NCBI GenBank assembly: GCA_963816145.1
Contig: CAWFJP010000010.1
Span: forward strand, 35,531 to 99,530
Source of the DNA: an uncultured delta proteobacterium
Lineage (GTDB): Bacteria; Desulfobacterota; Binatia; UBA9968
DNA length: 64,000 bases
Reading direction: 5' to 3'
Every line of letters begins with the position of its first letter. The stretch's first letter is position 1. Shown one piece after another: positions 58,394 to 64,000 of the stretch. The translations under genes and the position numbers were made by a program. The notes below the pieces were generated by a model. The model was not told where the DNA came from. It did not search any database and saw only the letters and a program-made list of their open reading frames with translations.

Positions 58394-58777
58394 ATGCCTA
58401 AGAAAGAAATTGTTCAGATGAATCTTGCTGCGGCGAATCCGAATCTCTCCCCGGCCACGCGTTTTGGCAATCTGGTGTTCGTCGCCGGTCAAACCGGCCG
58501 GCACCCAATTACCGGGGAGGTCGGCAGAGACGTTCGCGAGCAGACTCGCTACGCCATCGAACGCATCGAGACGATTTTGGCAACCGCGGGCACCTCTCTC
58601 GACAATGTTCTGACGGTATTGACACATCTGACTAAACGCGAGGACCTTGCAGCCTACAATGAGGAGTACGCCAAGTTTTTCCCGACCAACAAACCAGCCC
58701 GGACCACGGTGGAAGCGATGTTGAACTTCCCCGAACTCCTTGTGGAAATAACCGTCACCGCTTGCATACCCGAATAG
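58394..58777 (+). CDS. RidA/Rid family enamine/imine deaminase
   Basis: LVFVAGQ, AGTSLDNV, YNEEYAKFF..PARTTV, LVEI. Confidence 0.9.
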   Translation: MPKKEIVQMNLAAANPNLSPATRFGNLVFVAGQTGRHPITGEVGRDVREQTRYAIERIETILATAGTSLDNVLTVLTHLTKREDLAAYNEEYAKFFPTNKPARTTVEAMLNFPELLVEITVTACIPE

Positions 58778-58862
58778 GCGATTTCTTGTTTGTTCGCGTG
58801 CCTCGTATCAAAGTAGAAATCGTGTTGCGGCTCGGGCCAAGTCGGAGTAAAGCTCGTGATCT

Positions 58863-60269
58863 ATGGCCAGCAGTGATTTACCAGCTACCCCAGCTACCCT
58901 GGTCCAACAAATCGCCGGCAACGTGCTCAGCGTTGCTGCTGCGGCAATTCCACTGGAGGTCATTGAGCACACCAAGGCGTTGATCCTCGACGCCATCGGC
59001 TGTGCTTTGGCCGCGGCCGAGGAGGCCGCATTTGTTCGCGCCTCGCGCGTCTTTGCGCAACTCGGCGGCAACCCGGACTGCACCGTGATCGGTTCAGCGC
59101 GGCGGGTTAATCTACCGCAGGCCGTGTTGTTGAATGGCATTTTGATTCGCTCGTTGGACTTGAACGATGCCTACATCGGTCCCGGACAGATGGGACATCC
59201 GAGCGACAATATCGCGGTGGCGCTTTCGGTCGGCGAAAAGTTTCGCGCCTCCGGACTGAACGTGATCGCCAGCGTGGCGCTCGGTTACGAGATTTACTGC
59301 CGCATGCAGGACATCATTCCAACTCGTGGCACCTGGGACCACACGACGGCATCGGCATTGGCGGCGCCTTTGATCGCCGGCCGGTTGATGGGATTGAACG
59401 CGGAGCAGCTTGCCCATGCGGCCGCGCTGTCGGCCACGCATGGCAACACGCTCGCTGTCGTGCGCACCGGGCAGCTGGCCAACTCCAAAGCGAACGCCAA
59501 CGCAATGGTGGCATCCCAAGCGGTGCTATGCTCGTTGTTTGCCGCCGAGGGCATGAGCGGTCCACTCGGCGTGATCGAACACCCGCGCGGGCTGAGCACC
59601 GGCATGCTCGCCGGGGCAAAATTGGATCTGCTCGCGCAACCGATCGGCGAACGCTATAGAATCATGACTTCCGCTATCAAAGCCTATCCCTGTATCGGCA
59701 CGGCCCAGACCATGGTCGCCGGCGTGCTGCAGGCGCGCGCCGGCATCGCCAATCCGGCGCGAGAAGTCGAGCGCATCGAAGTCGTCATGGCCGATATCCC
59801 GATCGTCAGGGCTCAAGTGGCGGACGAGCAACGGCGCTACCCGGCAAGCCGCGAAAGCGCGGATCATAGCTTCTACTATCTTGCGGCAGCGGCTCTTTCG
59901 GACGGCGAAATTACTGAAGCGCAATTTGCCCCTGGGCGCTGGCTGCAACCCGAAATGAGAGAAGCGATGGCGCGGGTCTCGGTGCGCACCGACGCGAGTT
60001 TGAACAAGTACACGCCCGGCAGCTACCCGGCCGTGGTGACATTGATTTTGCAAAGCGGCGAGAGCCGGGAAGTCGAGGTCAGTTTTCCCAAAGGCCATCC
60101 CCACAATCCCATGTCGCCGGCCGAAGTCGAGGCCAAATTCCGCGCCTGCGCGCGCGGGAGAATGCCGCCAGCACGCCAGGAGACAATCATCGCGAAATCG
60201 CGTGAGTTGGACAAACTGGCGTCGGTGGTTGAGCTGATGAACGATTTGGCGGCGGAGAAAACAGACTGA
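58863..60269 (+). CDS. MmgE/PrpD family protein
   Basis: ILDAIGCALAA, RSLDLND, GHPSD, IKAYPC, ESADHS, PKGHP.NPM. Confidence 0.9.
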   Translation: MASSDLPATPATLVQQIAGNVLSVAAAAIPLEVIEHTKALILDAIGCALAAAEEAAFVRASRVFAQLGGNPDCTVIGSARRVNLPQAVLLNGILIRSLDLNDAYIGPGQMGHPSDNIAVALSVGEKFRASGLNVIASVALGYEIYCRMQDIIPTRGTWDHTTASALAAPLIAGRLMGLNAEQLAHAAALSATHGNTLAVVRTGQLANSKANANAMVASQAVLCSLFAAEGMSGPLGVIEHPRGLSTGMLAGAKLDLLAQPIGERYRIMTSAIKAYPCIGTAQTMVAGVLQARAGIANPAREVERIEVVMADIPIVRAQVADEQRRYPASRESADHSFYYLAAAALSDGEITEAQFAPGRWLQPEMREAMARVSVRTDASLNKYTPGSYPAVVTLILQSGESREVEVSFPKGHPHNPMSPAEVEAKFRACARGRMPPARQETIIAKSRELDKLASVVELMNDLAAEKTD

Positions 60270-60303
60270 AGCGGGCTAGAAGATGACGTTTGTGTGTCGC
60301 AAG

Positions 60304-60378
60304 TTGTCATTTCGAGCCGGCGGCGAGAAATCTTTTCGTTGATTAATGCAAGATCTCTCACTTCGTTCGAGATGACAA
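60304..60378. repeat. REP-like palindrome pair (GTCAT family)
   Basis: TTGTCATTTCGAGCCGGCGGCGAGAAATCT ... AGATCTCTCACTTCGTTCGAGATGACAA; half copy at 40401-40427. Confidence 0.75.
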
Positions 60379-60463
60379 ATTGGTGCCTTTCATGCGTTGC
60401 GACCCAGTCTCGGCGCGCAGCAGGTCGGCGAGTCGCTACGCTAACCCAATGGGGGATATTTTC

Positions 60464-61423
60464 ATGAAACGTTATGTCCCTATAACTTTGTTCTTCGTGG
60501 CCGCGTTAATGTTAGCCAGTCCGGGATTCGGCCAAAAGCTTCGACCGGTTACGATCGGAATGACCGGTAGAACCATGGCGACTTTGGCCTTTGAAATGAG
60601 CATCAGGAACGGTCATTTCAAGCGGGAGGGGTTGGATGTCAAGTTGATCACGATTCGCCAGAGCGACGTTATCATCAAGGCAACTATGGCGGGTGAACTG
60701 AACTTCATGAGCATCATCCCAACCGCGATCCTCGCCTCGGTTCGAGGCCTACCGATTCGCACGCTAGCGGTCAACGTCGATACCGCTCCCTATGTTCTAT
60801 TGGGCCGGCCGCAGGTCAAAAGCATGAATGATTTGAAAGGCAAAAAAATTGCCGTGAGTTCGTTGGGCAGCATGAGCACCTTGGTTGTCCGCGAGATCGT
60901 GGCGCGCAGCGGTCTCGACCCGGATCGAGACGTGACTTACTTGGCTGTCGGCGGCAGCGAAGCGCGCACCGGCGCTATGGCGGCGGGGTTCGTCGACGCG
61001 GCTCTAATGATCATCCCGATGAACTACACCCCTGAACGGCAAGGTTACAATCGTCTCGCCTGGGGTCCCGATTATGTGCACTATCCAACCAACGGAATCG
61101 CCGGGTTGCCGGATTACTTCGCCGCCAACCGCGATTTGGTTCTTGCCGTTCTCCGCGCCATCGCCGGAGGAGTCCGTGACGCGAAGCAAAGGAAGTCCGA
61201 AATGATACCTTTCCTGAAAAGCTATCTCGACGTGCCGGAAGACGAAGCTGCCAAGAGCTACGAATTTCTGGTCAGTCATATGCCGGACAATATGATCGTC
61301 GATGACGCGGTGATCAAGAAGGGGATGGAATTCGCGGCCTCCGCACTCAAACTGAAGCCCGATGCCATCCCCGACATTGCTAAAGTTCGCGACTGGTCCT
61401 ATGCCCGCGCCGCGACAAAATAG
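60464..61423 (+). CDS. SsuA/NMT1-type ABC substrate-binding protein
   Basis: Signal peptide; GHFKREGLDV, DLKGKKIAVSSLGS, GLDPDRDV. Confidence 0.88.
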   Translation: MKRYVPITLFFVAALMLASPGFGQKLRPVTIGMTGRTMATLAFEMSIRNGHFKREGLDVKLITIRQSDVIIKATMAGELNFMSIIPTAILASVRGLPIRTLAVNVDTAPYVLLGRPQVKSMNDLKGKKIAVSSLGSMSTLVVREIVARSGLDPDRDVTYLAVGGSEARTGAMAAGFVDAALMIIPMNYTPERQGYNRLAWGPDYVHYPTNGIAGLPDYFAANRDLVLAVLRAIAGGVRDAKQRKSEMIPFLKSYLDVPEDEAAKSYEFLVSHMPDNMIVDDAVIKKGMEFAASALKLKPDAIPDIAKVRDWSYARAATK

Positions 61424-61471
61424 CGGGACGCGCAATGATCAAAACTGAAATAATAATCAATGGAGGTGTTT

Positions 61472-61867
61472 ATGCCGGTTAAGCGTATCGATGTCAGCGA
61501 GCACCCGTCTGTAAAAGGAATTGTCGGACTTGGCAAGCATGACAATCTGCTTTTTAACTCCGCTACCTCTCATGTCTGGATTCACAATAGCCCTCCGGGT
61601 GACAAAGGTCCGATGCACAGACATACCGCGGATCAAACCTTCTACGGTCTAGAGGGCGAATGCTGGCTAAATTTCCCGGATGGAACGCGGCAATCAATTA
61701 CTCCTGGTGTCTTGGTCGTGATTCCCAAAGGACAATATTACCAGCAGGAAGCGCCGAGCCACACGGGTTATGTATTCTTGGGAACGCGGGCAGAAACCTA
61801 TGAAAACTCCCGCTTTGGCCCCGAAGGGCAAGAGATCAAGGCGGGTGGTAAAGCACCGATGGATTAG
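61472..61867 (+). CDS. Cupin domain protein
   Basis: GGAGG SD; MHRHTADQTFYGLEG..LVVIPKG. Confidence 0.8.
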   Translation: MPVKRIDVSEHPSVKGIVGLGKHDNLLFNSATSHVWIHNSPPGDKGPMHRHTADQTFYGLEGECWLNFPDGTRQSITPGVLVVIPKGQYYQQEAPSHTGYVFLGTRAETYENSRFGPEGQEIKAGGKAPMD

Positions 61868-62105
61868 CTTCGGATGTGATTAGCCTGCGATGCTGGCTCA
61901 AGCATCCGTATCGCCTTCAAATCACTAAGCACTCGCGATTTCGGCGGCGGTTTGCTCGTACGCCAACTCGCACGTAGCAATCACTGCGGCCATCATTCTA
62001 TGGTTGAATTTTATCACTTTTCAAAGTAGCGCGACTAGCACGGCAGCGGAGAATATCAATAGTAAAGATCTGACCGGATGTGTGCCGACCGATGTCCGCC
62101 GACGG

Positions 62106-62770
62106 ATGATCCAGTTACTTCACACCGCAGTTGCTTTCTTAGGCACACTAGCCCTCTTTGGGGCTTACACAATTTCACGCGAACCGCTTGACGTTCTGTG
62201 GAATGCACACATGTATGCAGGTACTCCTGGAGCGTACTACGACGGAAAGGAATTCGTTCAAAGTCGTCCTCCCAGAGAGGCGTCATTCGAGAGCGCCGAT
62301 GGGCGGCCCGGGACAGTATGGCCGTCAAACAAAGGGATTCGAGTAGACGATCTAAGAGAAACTCGCTTTTGGGGGATTTTGCGATGGGGTGGTTGGCGAA
62401 TGGAAGGGGGACTGCTAGCACGTGCATCAGAAGGTGCAGCTTTTGTTGAACTCTACGGTAAAAGCGTCTGGAAGGTGCCAGCGGTGCTCTTTAGCTTCGG
62501 TAAGTCGCCACCCTGGTTTGCGGAGCACTCCTATGAGTTTTTTTATTGTATCGGCCAGGAGAAGACGAGAAAGCAACTTTGCTGAAAAAATGGGTAATTC
62601 CACCAGAGCAGATTCCGTATGACTATTATCTGCGTGGAGTTCTTCGGTACGACTCCACACAAAAAGCAGCAACGGTAAATATTACCGATGTCGAGAGTAA
62701 GCGCACGTTTCTAGAGGAATCAATTGATCTGTCTCGAGCTAACATCAAAAACAGTGGAAAACGCAAATAG
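62106..62770 (+). pseudogene. Hypothetical membrane-anchored protein split at a T7 run (62538-62544); start uncertain
   Basis: Adding one T fuses ORFs 62004-62585 and 62546-62770 (YEFFLLYRPGEDEK). Confidence 0.45.
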
Positions 62771-62812
62771 GTGGCGTACCCTTTCGAGCGGAAATTAGGG
62801 TCTTTATTTATG

Positions 62813-62859
62813 ACTTACGCCTGTGGCCGGTATTCCCTTTGCGCCACGTCAATCAGCTC
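62813..62859. repeat. 47-bp direct repeat, copy 1 (partner 63953-63999)
   Basis: ACTTACGCCTGTGGCCGGTATTCCCTTTGCGCCACGTCAATCAGCTC, 45/47 identical. Confidence 0.9.
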
Positions 62860-62866
62860 CAGGCTC

Positions 62867-63075
62867 TCACCCCTCGGGCCAAATTTTCCGCGCAGCGGCT
62901 GCAACGACTGCCAATTTCGCGCGCTGAATTTCATGGGTGAGATGCACGCCCTCGATTAGGTTAGTCGAGAAGCCGCACTGTGGAGCGATCGCCAATTGCG
63001 CCAGTGGAATATCGCGGCTTGCCTCCTCGACGCGACGTTTGAGGTCATCGATATCCTCGCTGCGCGGGGCTGTTC
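62867..63075 (-). pseudogene. C-terminal fragment of a cobalamin-independent methionine synthase II-like protein
   Basis: EDIDDLKRRVEEA..LAIAPQCGFST..QRAKL..ARKIW. Confidence 0.8.
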
Positions 63076-63150
63076 GGCGCGATGAGATTGCTGCTGCCAG
63101 TGGTTTGGTATGACGCGGATTCGGTTTCGAGAATATGGCAGTGTCTACGC

Positions 63151-63570
63151 TCATTCCCTCAGCAGCGCGACGAAGCCGGCTTGTTCAAAATGCTCGTCGG
63201 TAGTCAGGGCTTCGCTCAATCCGCGCTCGCGCATGACGACAAACGAGATGCAGTCGGTGATTCCCCATTCTTTGTCGGGTCGGTTTTGAAACAGGTCAAA
63301 CCCTTGCGCATAGAGTTCCTCAGTCAACGGCACAATTTCAACGTTCGGGTCTCTCTCGAGAGACTGAAGTAACGCTACCGCGGCCTGACGGTAACGTGGT
63401 CGCGCCAAGGCGTTGCCGATTTCAAGTACAACAGGTCGCGCGGTGATGAGTTTGACGCTGCTTGATTCTAACTGCTCAGCAAGTTCAATCGCTTTGCGAT
63501 GATGCGCGTCCGTCGACGACGAAAGCGCGATTGCGTAGGCCGTATCGAGAAAAACGCTAGTCGATATCAT
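63151..63570 (-). CDS. PIN-domain (VapC-like) toxin
   Basis: VFLDTAYAIA, VVLE, WGITDCISFVVM, TTDEHFEQAGF. Confidence 0.92.
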   Translation of the reverse strand: MISTSVFLDTAYAIALSSSTDAHHRKAIELAEQLESSSVKLITARPVVLEIGNALARPRYRQAAVALLQSLERDPNVEIVPLTEELYAQGFDLFQNRPDKEWGITDCISFVVMRERGLSEALTTDEHFEQAGFVALLRE

Positions 63571-63790
63571 CGACTCGTTTTCCATAGAGATAATCTTCGA
63601 TGCTTTCGGACCAATCGGTTGGGCCGTCCAGGTTGAGTTGGCGGGCGGTACCAAGAAATGACATGGATTTTGACTTGACAGCGTCCGAGGAGTCGATGGT
63701 GATACGAACGCGCGTATTGGGCCGTAGGTTTAGTTTTTCATCCGGCCGCAAAACTTGGCCATCGTATAGAGCCCCTATGGTCTTAGTCAT
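63557..63790 (-). CDS. Putative antitoxin (DUF104/AF2212-like)
   Basis: TIGALYDGQVLRPDEKLNL..VRITI; GPTDWSE..YLY; overlaps the PIN gene. Confidence 0.8.
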   Translation of the reverse strand: MTKTIGALYDGQVLRPDEKLNLRPNTRVRITIDSSDAVKSKSMSFLGTARQLNLDGPTDWSESIEDYLYGKRVDDID

Positions 63791-63952
63791 AAACCCCTCC
63801 CCCGGTGAATAATAGCACACTCGGGCTAACTGTCGAAAGAATCGGTGTCGATGTGGGCTGCGCGAATTTCTTAGCCAAATTTACCAGCCCTTTCGTCGGT
63901 AAATCTTAATCAAGCCCGGGACAAAACGCATAGGGTCAAATTTTTGCTCAAA

Positions 63953-63999
63953 ACTTACGTCTGTGGCCGGTATTCCCTTTGCGCCACGTCAATTAGCTC
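63953..63999. repeat. 47-bp direct repeat, copy 2; likely the 3' end of a minus-strand gene entering from beyond the window
   Basis: Minus strand reads ELIDVAQREYRPQT*; copy 1 reads ELIDVAQREYRPQA*. Confidence 0.8.
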
Positions 64000-64000
64000 G

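Overview
A GC-rich bacterial chromosomal window. The many orphan solute-binding proteins and small intergenic palindromes suggest a Binatia/Deltaproteobacteria-like organism, which is inference only. The core scaffold is tRNA-Ser(GCT), tRNA-Arg(ACG), tadA, tRNA-Ser(CGA), tRNA-Ser(GGA), ffs, dnaX, ybaB, recR. A ~13.3 kb insert interrupts it, bounded by tRNA-Ser(CGA) and a decayed 58-bp copy of its 3' half. The insert carries an SBP, a thioesterase-less NRPS (atypical A-T, C-A[Ala]-T, C-A[Gly]-T) and a paralogous frameshifted A-T gene; the two NRPS genes share promoter, 5' end, 3' end and downstream DNA. Next come an oxalyl-CoA decarboxylase-like gene with frc, two Zn-dehydrogenase paralogues, an LLM oxidoreductase, a formyltransferase/hydrolase, gamma-CA, MFS, lhgO, an amidohydrolase, mlaEFDC, a tRNA methyltransferase, DUF721/DciA and nrdJ with NrdR boxes. 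The last third is accessory. It holds a J-domain protein, a DUF6338-like membrane gene with an unannotated overlapping 47-aa Pro-rich ORF, three toxin-antitoxin pairs (two bounded by repeats), an SBP-HDO-SDR-M29/NicX-like operon and a RidA-PrpD-SBP-cupin cluster. No rRNA, CRISPR array or intact integrase/transposase was seen. All family calls come from motif recognition by eye; no database searches were run.
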